A stretch of 64,000 bases of DNA, taken from Malacoraja senta (Eukaryota). Under the pieces are notes generated by a model. It saw nothing but the letters and a program-made list of their open reading frames with translations, was not told the origin of the DNA and ran no database searches. Position 1 is the first letter of the stretch. The number at the start of each line of letters is the position of its first letter. The stretch spans positions 59,334,001-59,398,000 of the forward strand of contig CM075982.1 in assembly GCA_038087875.1 (NCBI GenBank), in the 5' to 3' direction. The position numbers were made by a program, and so were the translations under genes. Below, piece after piece: positions 50,983 to 63,151 of this stretch.

Positions 50983-51176
50983 TGTAGGAAGGAACTGCAG
51001 TTTAAACCAAAGATAGACACAAAAAGCTGGAGTAACTCAGCGGGACAGGCAGCATCTCTGGAGAGAAGAAATGGGTGACGTCTGAAGAAGGGTCTCGACC
51101 CGAAACGTCATCCATTCCTTCTCTCCAGAGATGCTGCCAGTCCCGCTGAGTTACTCCAGCTTTTTGTGTCTATCTT
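50983..51176. mobile_element. Palindromic PLE-derived insertion with ~13-bp TSD
   Basis: ~70-bp inverted arms around CTGAAGAAGGGTCTCGACCCGAAACGTC; TSD GG[A/G]ATGTGATCTA. Confidence 0.9.
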
Positions 51177-51920
51177 GGGATGTGATCTAGCTTGCTCTTC
51201 ACACTGCACTAGACTACTTGGACAATAAGAATCATGCAGTTGTTCATCTACCATAGTTCAGCATTCAACATCATCAAAATTAGAGAACTGGTATGAATTG
51301 GCAATAACCATCAGGAGCACCTCAGTCCCTGGCTCTGTTCATTATGTAGCAATGACTGTAGCCAGAATCAGTCCTGATGCTTCCTGACCCATTGAGTTAC
51401 TCCAGCACTTGTTATTGTAAAAGTATGTATTACATTGTTATGAGGATTATTAAAGAGGTAGATTCCCATTACCCATTACACTCTATTGTGACTATACCCA
51501 CCCTTCTTTAGTTTTTCCTGAATTTCTATCCCCATCCCCACTTACCTCCATCTTCAATCCCTCAATGACCAAATTCCTGCCCCAAATCACCTACCAATCA
51601 ATGAGAGCAAATCACAGCCTGTCCCCTTCCCCAAATGGTCATGGTGTTGCACACCCCACCGTCGTATTCTGTGACTTCAACCCCACATTCATAACTCCAC
51701 TTCACCTGAAACCACATTGAACAAATGGGTCCAAAAAAAGCCTTTGGGAATAAGAGAATTTCAGGAGCCTCCAATCTCAGACACTGCAGACCCTTGTAAT
51801 AGCAGGCCCCCAACAAAACATTTCTAGATCACCTCACACTAATTAGTTCATATAATTTCCGATGCACAATTCAATTTCTGGAGCAGCATGTACTATTCTT
51901 TGGACAAGTTCAGACTGAAG

Positions 51921-52032
51921 GCTGAAGAAGGGTATCGACCCAAAATGCAACCCATTCCATCTCTCCAGAGATGCTGCCTGTCCCGCTGTGTCTACCTTCG
52001 ATTTAATTCAGCATCTGCAGTTCTTTCCTACA
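51921..52032 (+). mobile_element. PLE-derived short repeat
   Basis: CTGAAGAAGGGTATCGACCC start and the conserved body. Confidence 0.8.
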
Positions 52033-52509
52033 CTTTATAAATGATAGCTCTTGTTTTTTGAACAGCTTGCACTGGCCAGCTGTGTATGCCACTGTTAGCA
52101 TTTAAAGACAAACTAAAATAAAATAAAACTGGCTCCAGATACACCACCCAAAGACAAATTAATGATGATCAAATCACCATCAGCGTACCAAGACTCTAAA
52201 ATACCTTGTGAATAAATTTGGGCACTGATGGAATTACATCTCTGGAAGAAATGAGCACATGGTGGTGAAAATAAAAAGGAATAAACAATCAAGAATAAGT
52301 AATTACAGTTAAAGCCAATTTAGTTTCCTCCTCTGAGATAGAATACCAGCCATTATTGGTTTGGAGGTCCACGATTATTGACCAACAAAGAATATAAGGG
52401 GGCTAAAGGGAAGATGGTTCATTTTCTGCACTGAAAATGAAAATAAAAGTTGTTTAATGGTCATATTAATCAAGCTGATTGTTGCGACTTGTTCTCAAAT
52501 TGTCTGTGC

Positions 52510-53486
52510 GGGCAGGAACTGCAGATGCTGTTTTACACTGATGATAGACACAAAATGCCAAAGTAACTCAGTGGGATAGACAGGAGAGAAGGAATGTGTG
52601 ATGATTCGGGTCAAGACCCTTCTACAGACTGAGAGTCAAGGGAGAAGTAAACGAGATATGGAAGGTTACAAAGATGATGTAAGATGTGAAAATGACAGAT
52701 CAAAGCAGACTATGGTCAAGGAAATGTAGAATGGTTCATTGTCGGCTGAGGGGAAGGCGACAACGAGGCATACAGACAGTAAAATGAATCGGGAAAACAG
52801 TGAGACTAGTTGGAGATCTAGGGTGAGAGAGGGCCAGAGAGAAAGGGAAAGCAAGTTGTACATGGAGTTGTATATGACCCTGGTGAGATCACACCTGGAG
52901 TATTGTGTGCAGTTTTGGTCTCCAAATTTGGGAAAGGACATTCTTGCTATTGAGGTAGGTTCTCGAGGTTAATTCCCGGGATGGCTGGACTGTCATATGT
53001 TGAAAGAATGGAGCGACTGTGCTTGTATACACTGGAATTTAGAAGGATGAGAGGATATCTTATTGAAACATGCAAGATTATTAAGGGATTGGTCACGCTA
53101 GAGGCAGGAAACATGTTCCCGATATTGGGGGAGTGCAGATCCAGGGGCCACACTTTAAGAATAAGGGGTAGGCCATTTAGAACGAAGATGAGGAAAAACC
53201 TTTTCACCCAGAGAGTTGTGAATCTGTGGAATTCTCTGCCTCAGAAGGCAGTGGAGGCCGAATCTCTGGATGCTTTTAAGAGAGAGTTAGATAGAGCTCT
53301 TAAAGATAGCAGAGTTAAGGGATATGGGAAGAAGGCAGGAATATGGGTACTGATTGTGGATGATCAGCCATAATCACAGTGAATGGCGGTGCTGGCTCGA
53401 AGGGCCGATTGGCCTACTCCTGCACCTATTGTCTATTGCAAGGGTTACTTGCAGTTAGAGAAATCGATATTCATACCGCTGGGTTA
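52510..53486 (-). mobile_element. Penelope-like element 3' end, split by a CR1 insertion
   Basis: Minus strand 53445-53486 reads PSGMNIDFSNCK*, a typical PLE C-terminus, followed by a UTR and the short repeat module. Confidence 0.8.
52856..53437 (+). mobile_element. CR1 LINE 3' portion with 5-bp TSD GCAAG
   Basis: ORF2 C-terminus at 52981-53373; TSD at 52851-52855 and 53438-53442. Confidence 0.95.
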
Positions 53487-53885
53487 ACTCAAATCGTCTG
53501 TGCCACCAAACTTAAATTTGATAACTTTATTTTATAAAAATGGTGATTCAATGAGATGTGTTGTTCTGAGTTGTTGGGATATGTAAGACAAGTAAGATGA
53601 CAACATGTATTGCAGTTGCAGAGGAATTTCTGAGCATGTTGCCACTAAGGTGCTGTAATTATGCAGCCCACTCGCACTGCTCTTCACTCAGGGAAAGCAG
53701 GATAGTTGGTATGGGAGAAAGTGAGTTTTGCTCAACCTTGCCACACAGATGAGAACCGGTGTTGTAGAATGTAGTTGGGACACAGACTTTTTGGGAACAG
53801 TAGACAGCCTTTCTCCGATGATATTAACAAGATGCTTGGGTGTTTTTGGGAATCAGATTGATTTTAAGAACCTTTACTTTGTTTT

Positions 53886-54182
53886 TATTTAGTTTCGAGA
53901 TACAGCGCAGAAACAAGCCCTTCGGCCCGCCAAATCCATGCCGACCAGCGATACCCGCACACTAACACTATTATACACATACCAGGGACAATTTACTATT
54001 GTTACCAAGCCATTTAGCATTCATCTTGGAAGTGTGGGAGGAAACCGGAGCACCTGGAGAAAACCCATGCAGGTTATGGGGGGAACCTGCAAACTTCATA
54101 CAGACAGCATCCATAGTCAGGATCGAACCCGGGTCTCTAGTGCTGTAAGGCAGCAACTCTATCGCTGCACCATCATGCCGCC
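53886..54182 (-). mobile_element. HE1/V-SINE-like SINE
   Basis: Head, body and tail present. Confidence 0.88.
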
Positions 54183-54214
54183 CTTTACTGTTGTCAGTCC
54201 ATAGTCCATACACT

Positions 54215-54450
54215 ATCAAATCTCTTCATTGCCTCAATGGAATTTATAATCACAGTCGCTTGGATGATACTACCCTCCTCTCCTGTATTCACCCATGACC
54301 AGCCCCTCCCCTCCACACAATCAATCTGAAGAAGGGTCCCGACCCAAAATGTCACCTATCCACATTCTCCAGAGATGCTGTCTGACCCACTGAGTTACCA
54401 GCATTTTGTGTCTTTCCTTGGTAAACCAGCATCTGCTGCAGTTCCTTACT
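54215..54450 (+). mobile_element. PLE 3' end
   Basis: CTGAAGAAGGGTCCCGACCC module preceded by a C-rich UTR. Confidence 0.7.
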
Positions 54451-55335
54451 GCTTCCAATTACAGATTTCACTGTTGAAAATTTCTGGTTGGGTAATTTAA
54501 TTAGCTTAATGAAAGAGAAGAACAAAGTATATCCTCAATTGATGGCTGAGGAGTGAATGAAATTTGCAACTGCAGTGGACTTTCTTCTGCAGTTGAACAA
54601 ATTTTTTACGACTGCGTTTACAAGAAATGGTGAAGTTATTACTGAAGCTTATACATAAGCCTAAACTCAGCTTCAGAGGAGAAAGCTGTTGTGCTTTGCC
54701 AGAGCAGTAATATGGCTGGGGATTCACATAACTACATTCCTTCTCATGGGTCATCAAGGTAACTGCTCAACTCAACAATCGAAAGATTTAGCGTTGCAGA
54801 AGCTTTTGCTTAGACTTCTGATCGACAAACTTAGTCGGGGAACAGTTTGTCAGAAGCAAGATGCCAACAGAGTAATTTGACAGTTGGAAATAATTAAACT
54901 GAAGACGAAAGATTAAAGTTTAAAAAAAGATTATATGCTTGAATTGCAAAGTACCAAGCAATACGAGAAACATCACTCATCAATAATATTGCCCTTTGTC
55001 TGATATCTGTTCCAGATATGTGTGCAAATCTATTTTCTGGTTGCCAACATGTAAAAATCATGGAATAAATCTGTTTTGACCGCCACATTTTAGATTATAG
55101 CATTCATGCATCGCTGAGAACAAGCTGATTACAATAATATTTCAATAGTCACATTGACTTCACCATCTAACTGTGGGCTGAATGATGGTAATGCATTGTA
55201 GTTACAATTAAGCCAAGAGTGTCACTGCTAGCAATAATGTTCCATGATTTAACAGATACAGTTGCATTCTATTTGAGACATTTTATTGTTGTAGGGATAA
55301 GTATAGCGCTCTACAATGTAACTTTCAGTTGAAGC

Positions 55336-55618
55336 GCGGCTTGGTGGCGCAGCGGTAGAAATGCTGCCTTACATCACCAGAGACCCAGGTTTGATCCTGA
55401 CTATGAGTGCTGTTCGGTACGGAGTTTGTACGTTGTCCCTGAAACCTGCATGGGTTTGCCCTGAGTGTACAGGTTTGAAGGTTGATTGGCGTCGGTAATT
55501 TGGAAATTGTAAAATCGTCCCTAATGTGTAGGATAGTGCTAGTGTATGGGGTGATCGTTGGTTGGCGCAGACTCAATGGGTTGAAGGATCTGTTTCCCTG
55601 CTGTATCTCTAACCTAAA
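55336..55618 (+). mobile_element. HE1/V-SINE-like SINE
   Basis: Head, body and tail present. Confidence 0.88.
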
Positions 55619-56995
55619 GTGAATTAATGGCGAAACATTATCACAATTGTACCTTAAACACTGGCACATAAACATTCAATTGACATTTATAGCTGGGTGG
55701 TATTTACGATTAGAATCTTTTCCTCATTGTCCATCAATGCACATGCACCAAGGATGGATGTTTAGCTCCCTCTCTACTCCCTTTACACCCATAAGCACAG
55801 CTCCAATGCCATCTATAGATTTGCTGATGTCAGCACTGTGCTTGCCCAAATCACCAATGGTGATGAATTAGCGTACAAGTGAGAGGTTATTGTTGCAGCA
55901 CCAGTTAACCAGGTGTTCTACCTCTCTTTGGTGCAGATTCGTAGGGAGTGTTGCTTTAGGGTGGGAAGGGTGATATGGGGTGGGATGGAAGAATGGAATA
56001 TATGGAAGAGGCACTATCAGTCACAGTGCCTGACCGCTCTGCTGACCACCAAGGATGGCATAGACTTGGTTATTTTTTTATCTATTATATATAAGTATTT
56101 TCACCTGTGTGTCATAATCATTTGTGCTACCTGTTGAATTCCCTATTTAATGGCTGATGTTTATCTCAGTCTTGGCTCAGTCTTGGATTTTCTCATGGTG
56201 AGCCTTGTACTATTATTTACCATGATTATCGCGATTCTAGTAAAAACCTTTTTGCGTTTAACTAGCTCCTGTGTCTTTGCTGCACTTATGTATCCACACC
56301 TCTTGGTGTCGTTACACCATCCCCCCCAATACAGATGAGAATATTGGATCGGGAATGAGACCATAACTCGCAATGAACATACCTGGTGAAATAACCCAGA
56401 AATTATTATTATTATACTTCATTCTTAAAATAAATAAAACACAAAATGGTAACATTATTGAATTGGACAAAAATAGAGAATGTTGTACCAGTTCTTTAAA
56501 GTTCTTAATTGTGATCCTAGGTAAAGCATATGATACATTGCCAACACAGCGCAATCAGAATAGGCATACAATACATTACTGCTTCTTTAGTTGTAACTAG
56601 GAGCAGGGAGAATTTTTAATACCATATTAACAAAATTAAGGCTTAGTAAATAATTGCAGTTTTGCAGATTTCAAAGATTCACTCATCAGAGAATGGAATC
56701 TGAGAGTCCAGCCTGGAACAATGAGGAATAGGTGAGCCATTGTTAATTTAAAGAAAGTGTGTGAAGACCTGGGAAGGAGCTGTGATACCCGTAGAGAACT
56801 TTAAAAAAAAAGCCTGGGTGAATAACAGTAGGAAGCACCCGTGGTGAATTTCAAAACAAAAGATATAATCGGGAAAGTACAACTAATATGGTCTTAATGC
56901 TGCAAGTATCTGGAACAGCAACATGAATGCCCAATAAATAATTGCCTAGCAAAGAGGGAAAAAAGGTGTGCGATGTGAATAGAGAATTAGTTGTT

Positions 56996-57162
56996 GTTTA
57001 GTTCAGAGATACAGCGTGTAAACTGGCCCTTCAGCCCACTGAGCCCATCCTGACCAATGATCCAGTCTGATGAAGGTTCCTGACCCAAAACATCATCTAT
57101 CCTTTTTCTTCAGAGATGCTGCCTGACCTGTTGAGTTGCTCCAGTACTTTGTGTCTATCTTC
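56996..57162. mobile_element. SINE tail (-) followed by a PLE short repeat (+)
   Basis: GAGATACAGCG..GGCCCTTC, then CTGATGAAGGTTCCTGACCC module. Confidence 0.75.
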
Positions 57163-59026
57163 TGACCAGTGACAATCCATTTATACAAATCCTATTCTTG
57201 GAAAAATGTTTTTTTTTTCATCACCGATTTTTCCAGCAACCTTGGTTCCAGAGCATTTCTGTATTATCCATTTTTCCAGACCAACGGAGGTCATGTAATA
57301 ATAATTCAACAACACACCTCTGACCCACTAAGTATGCCCCTTATGTGGCTCTAAAGCATAAAGGGCTACTAGAAACTTAAGGAAAACAAATTAAATGCAA
57401 ATTAAATTTACCATGAAACATGCACTTCTTGCACGGGCAACCCAGGCCCCAGTTAATGACTGAAGTACTACATTCCTGCTTTGAAAGGCAGTCAGCTGAA
57501 TGCAAATGCAGGAAACCTTCTGAGCATTTGAACTTAGATATAATGCTGAATCTGTTCTCCAAATGACACACATTGTAACAATGAAAAGTGTTGGTGTGTT
57601 TAGATTGCAAAAGTATTTCAGAAAGTCCTAATCTGCAATGGTGAGCATATGATTGGCCAATTGTTTCAAATTCATAACTTGCAAGCATTTTGCCCTAAAC
57701 AAGTCCTATTTCCTCTAGCATTGGATTATCATTTGGACACCAGCTAATACCACATATCAGTACATTACCCAAAGCCAACAACAACAGTGCTACTTTGTTT
57801 ACCGTGAAGCCTTTTCCATTTGTTGGTTCACATAAAATTATGGAAAGCAGAGACTGAATATTTGCCAGCGCGATCAGCTTTTGTTTCCCTTCATGAAGCC
57901 TAATTTGTATTGCGTAAATTAATTTAAAGACTATTAATATATTACTTACATTGATTGGTGAAAGAAAGACTGGTCGTGCATCTGTTTTGCATCTTTCACA
58001 GCTTTAAGGCACAGATAAAGTATTTTACCGCCAGAAACATACTTATAAAATGCAGTTGTTACTGCAATGCAGTAAAGGTGACAAGCGATTTACACGAAGC
58101 AAAGTCATATAAATCAATGAGATAATAAGCAAGTTATCTATTCTCGTGATGTCGACTGGTGTTATAAATTATTTTTGATGGATTCACACTCAGCGACCTG
58201 TGTGCGTTACTGCGATACATTTTCAAATGGCACCATTGGCTAAAGGCCAATTATACAAACACACTGCAAGACCAACTTGCTGAGAAACCTGTGCTGCTCT
58301 TTGCAGAGTCTCAGCAGAACAATAAATTAACATGCCTACTGTATTCACACCTTAAATACGCTTCAAAGGCCATGCATGTTTATTTAATTTATTGTACACA
58401 CCGTAGATGCTAAAAATAATACAAGCTGGGAACTACTAGAAATACAATTAGGAATATAATAATATAAAGTATTGCCAAAGAAACCTTACTGAATTCAATA
58501 TTTTCAGATATTAGATTAGCGGGGGTTTGGATTCAAGAAGTAGACATGCAGTGGGAACAGCTTGAACTTATCCAGCACTTTGTTTCTGAGGAAACGAGCT
58601 GCAATAAACACACCAAACAGCCACCCTGTTTGCAACTGCAAATGGCATTACTGGAAATGGATTAATTAGGAAATCTCTACTTCACCTCAGAGTTCCACTT
58701 ACCACCTAATGTACCAACACTAATGAAGTGAGCAATTTGCATAAATTGGATTTTAATCAGAACAGGAAGATTGCTGGGTTATTCAAGAGCTCACCTCTTG
58801 GGAGATGTTAAGTACTGCTAGCAGGCCAACTCCACCTCACCATCACTCACTGGTCATCAGTGAGAGGAAGTGCAGGAAAGCAACAATGAACAAGACATAT
58901 TTTGTATGTAGGGAACGGGAATTTGGGGAAAAATAAGGAAAGTATGACATCAACAAAAATAAATATTACTTCTCAATGTGAAGGATTTCTGCATGGGAAT
59001 AGAGCTCTCAAGCAACCAACATAAAC

Positions 59027-59240
59027 CTGATGGACACAAAGTGCGGGAATATCTCTGAGGGGCAGGCAGCATCTCTGGAGAAAAAGGATGGGTGACGTTT
59101 CGGGTTGGGTTTCTTCAGATCCTGGGACCGACCCGAAATGTCACCTGTTCTTTTTCTTCAGGGATGCTGCCTGGTCCACTGAGATACTCCAGCACTTTTC
59201 TATCTTTGGTATAAACCAGCATCTGCAGTTCTTTGTTTCT
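59027..59240. mobile_element. Palindromic PLE-derived insertion with 8-bp TSD
   Basis: Inverted arms; ACATAAAC at 59019-59026 and 59241-59248. Confidence 0.8.
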
Positions 59241-59498
59241 ACATAAACTTAGCCCTCTTAAATTATGCATCACACATTAAGTTGAACAGTACAGTGTGCT
59301 CTGCACCAACAATACAGTGTCAACACAGCTTCTGAAAAGCATCAACTATTCTCTTGCCTATCTTGCCAGAGATTGATAATTACCACAGAAATTAAACAAT
59401 TTTATGGTGTTGATTCATGTCCACGACACACTGTACTGAGACTCGAATAAAAGCAAGAAATGATGGAACACTCAATGGCAGCATCTGTGTATAATAAA

Positions 59499-59715
59499 GA
59501 GTCAAGAGTCAATAGTTTTATTGTCATATGTCCCAGATAGAACAATGAAATTCTTGCTTGCTGCAGCACAACAGAATATGTAAACATAGTACACTGTAAA
59601 AAATATGATAAACGAGAGAGAGAAAAAAGTTCAGTGTGTATATATACACACACATACTAGTACACACATATATATATATGTACATGTACATGTACATATA
59701 TATATAAATACAGTA

Positions 59716-59767
<52 letters not shown>

Positions 59768-59803
59768 TACACACATACTAAAAAAAAAAACCAATAGTAG
59801 TGA

Positions 59804-59861
<58 letters not shown>

Positions 59862-60779
59862 GTCTATTGTAGTTCAGAGCTTATTTGAGGTTATAGTGTT
59901 TAATAGCCTGATGGCTGTAGGGAAGAAGCTGTTCCTGAACCTGAATGTTACAGTTTTCAGGCTCCTGTACCTTCTTCCCGATGGCAGTGGTGAAATGGGT
60001 TTGTGACCAGGATGGTGTGGTTCTCTGATGATGTTGGCTGCCTTTTTGAGGCAGCGACTCCGATAAATCCCTTCGATGGTGGGGAGGTCAGAGCCAGTGA
60101 TGGAATGGGCAGTGTTCACAACTTTTTGCAGTCTTTTCCGCTCCTGGACGTTCAAGTTGCCGAACCAGGCCATGATGCAACCAGTCAATATGCTCACTAC
60201 TGTACACCTGTAGAGGTTCAAGAGAATCCTCTTTGACATACCAAATCTCCTTAATCTTCTCAGGAAGTAGAGGCATTGATGTGCTTTATTTATAATTGCA
60301 TCAGTGTGCTGGGTCCAGGAAAGATCTTTGGAAATATGCACGCCCAGGAATTTGACGTTTTTGGCTCTCTCCACCATCGTCCCGTTGATATAAACAGGAT
60401 TGTGTGTCCTCATTCTTCCTCTTCCAAAGTCCACAATCAGTTTTACTGATATTGACAGCCAGTTGTTGTGCTGGCACCATTTGGTCAATTGGTCGATATC
60501 ATTTCTATACTCTGACTCATCACCATCTGTAATTCATCCAAGAATGGTGGTGCCATCGGCGAAATTGAAGATGGAGTTCGCACTTTGTCCGGCAACACAG
60601 TAATGAGTATAGAGTGAGTAGAGCAGGGGGCTGAGCACGCAGCCTTGAGGTGCTCCCGTACTATGAGGAAGTAATATTTCTGCCAATTCGAACAGACTGT
60701 GGTCTGTGGATGAGGAAGTTGAGGATCCAATTGCAGAGAGATGCGCAGAGTCCCAGTTCCGTGAGCTTGGTAGCCAGCT
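59499..60779 (-). mobile_element. Rex1/Babar LINE, RT C-terminal half and 3'UTR
   Basis: ORF 59874-60488 (FLGVHI..DLSW, LYFLRRLRRF, LPSGRRYRS) and FADGTT motif. Confidence 0.95.
59635..59860. repeat. Compound (TA)n/(CA)n/(TAA)n microsatellite in the Rex 3'UTR
   Basis: Read directly from the sequence. Confidence 0.95.
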
Positions 60780-61178
60780 ATTTTTCTAATCAAAAATATT
60801 TATTCAAATATTAAAATACAGTACAGTAAAAAACAAAACAGAACCCACCACCATAATACACGACAAATGATAAACTATTATATAAATCTTACACTCCTTG
60901 TCAAGGCTGCAATCAACCTCTCGTGGTGCCCAGCAGTGCCAGTAATCCCCCGGGGTGCCTGTGGACAGCGCGAAGTCCCTTTCTAACCCCACCCGGGTGC
61001 GGACATAACCCCGGAAAAGGGGAAGGCAGCCGGTTCGGGCAGAGCCCTCTTCCGCCTGGTGCTGTGACTCACAGATGGCCAGCTTGGTCAGGCCCAGGAG
61101 CAACCCAACCAGGACATTCTCGGCCCTACCTTCTCCCCTATGCGCAGGGTGTCCGAAGATGAGGATGGTGGGTAAGCC
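60780..61178 (-). mobile_element. Tx1-clade (L1-like) 3' module, copy A
   Basis: LLGLTKLAI...CLPLFRGYVRTRV.LE...W C-terminus, AATAAA and A-rich tail. Confidence 0.75.
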
Positions 61179-61602
61179 TTTTTTTTTAAATTTATCAAAA
61201 AAATGTATTCAATTATTAAAAATAATATTTACAATACAATAAAACAAACCGGAACCCACCACCATAATACAATACAAAGAAATGTCCTAAATTTATCTAC
61301 CATGCAACAATGTTACAAACCTTAGTGATGATGCATTCAACCCCCTGCGCTACCCAACATTCCCAGAAATCGCCCAGGGTGCCCGTGGACAGGTTGTAGT
61401 CCCTTTCTAACCCCACCCGGGTGTGGATGTAACCCCGGAAAAGGGTCAGGCAGCCAGCTCGGGCAGAGCCCTCTTCCGCCTGGTGCCGTGACTCACGGAT
61501 GGCCAGCTTGGCCTGGCCCAGGAGCAACCCAACCAGGACATTCTCGGCCCCACCCTCTCCCCTACGCAAAGGGTGTCCGAAGAGGAGGATGTTGGGTGAG
61601 CC
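61179..61602 (-). mobile_element. Tx1-clade 3' module, copy B
   Basis: [14 protein letters not shown]...; same 5' start as copy A; poly(A) tail. Confidence 0.75.
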
Positions 61603-62375
61603 TTGGAGGGGATGATGGTATTGAACGCCGAGCTGTAGTCTATAAACAACAGCCTGACATAAATGTTTTTATTGTCCAAGTGGTTCAGTGCGGGATGGAG
61701 AGCCAGTGAGATCGCATCACCAGTTGTGACGGACGGCAAACTGTAGTGGGTCGAGGTTCTTGTTGAGGTAGGAGTTGATATCCACCATAACCAACCTCTC
61801 AAAGCATTTCATCACCACAGACGTTAGTGCCACTGGCTGATAGTCATAGAGGCACGTCACCTTACTGTTCTTGGGCACCGGTATTATTGATGCCCTCTTA
61901 AAGCAGGTGGGAACGTTAGACCTCAGAAGTGAGAGGTTGAAAATGTCCACAAAAATCCCAGCCAGTTGGTCTGCACAGGTTTTTGAGAACTCGACCGGGT
62001 ATACCATCAGGTCCAGGCGGTTTCCGAGGGTTCACCCCACTGAAGGATCTTCTGACGTCGGCCTCTGTAACTGTGACAGTAATACCATCAGGGCGTATGG
62101 GGGCTCAGGAAGGCACATCAGTGTTCTCCCTATCAAAGCGTGGATAGAACGCATTGAGCTCGTAAGGGAGTGATGCTTCACTGTTGCTTGAGCTGCCTCC
62201 TGGTTTTGCCTTGTAGGAGGTGATGGCATTTAATCCCTGCCACAGTTGCTGAACATCCGTCCCTTCCTCCAGCTTTAAGCGGAAGTCCATTTTAGCCTTT
62301 TTGATGTCAAGGTCATATCTGGACTCCTTATAGACCTCTGTGTCACCAGACCTGAATGCCTGGGATCTGGTCCAC
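61603..62375 (-). mobile_element. Rex1/Babar LINE, 5' continuation of 59499-60779
   Basis: [52 protein letters not shown]. Confidence 0.95.
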
Positions 62376-62429
62376 AGTTTATAGTTACATTTATAAACTT
62401 TGTTTTCAAGAAAATAAACCAAAACTTTC

Positions 62430-63115
62430 AAATCCAAAACCCTTCATCAGAACTGGGAAAGTGGGAAAACAAGTCACTGTTAAGTTGCAGAGGGATTGCA
62501 AGAGGCATAGGCAGGACATAGGGAATATTCCTGATAGGGAGAGGCCAGAGTAGCCAACGTAATTTCCATGTTTACGCAACTTCTGTTTGATAGATTAGTG
62601 AAGGAGTTGGAGAGAGAGATAACAAATGAAATGATATATAAAAACTGTGAAATAGAGATTAAAGTTATTGCTGAGACCTGAAAAAAGGAGATAGGTGGAA
62701 ATGTTCTGATCAGTCAGTGCTCATGGAAAGAACAAAACCAAGATGACATTACAGATTAATAATTTTGCAGCAGAAAAAAATGCTGATACAAATAATAAAG
62801 GCAAGTTGTTTACAATTAGAATGGAGACCTGATGGAAGGTAGAGTGCAAAGTAGAATAGTCACAATGGCTGCTGGAGTCTGTGGACTTATAATGCATGTT
62901 GGTTGCTTACTAATCACCTACCATGGACATCAGAGAGAGAAACCAAGAGTCAAAGGTGGATCATGTGAATGTTAGAACAGGGAAGAAATTGAGAGCAAAA
63001 GACATGATTATTCTTTTGGTTCCATATGAGTTCCTCACTTGAAAGGACAATTAAGATCCTTGGAACCTTCTTCACTGTACCAAGAGAGATATTGAGGGAC
63101 GAGGGGGCTAAGAAG
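62430..63115 (-). mobile_element. Old Penelope-like element remnant
   Basis: YKSTDSSSHCDY (cf. the PLE RT motif YKPTDSHSYLDY) near 62860-62892; CTGATGAAGGG module at ~62440. Confidence 0.55.
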
Positions 63116-63151
63116 TATTGAAACAATGTTGCTTAAGTTCATTAAATTTTA

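Larger units (their letters stand above)
49540..51370 (+). mobile_element. Degraded Rex1/Babar LINE hosting nested SINE and PLE insertions
   Basis: RVNPWKA, DQLAVFVNIFNFSL and SILPVSRKSKVTHLN motifs; fragments continue across the insertions. Confidence 0.8.

Noticed and set aside
59524-59772. 82-aa YI-repeat ORF
   Set aside because: Translation of a (TA)n microsatellite.
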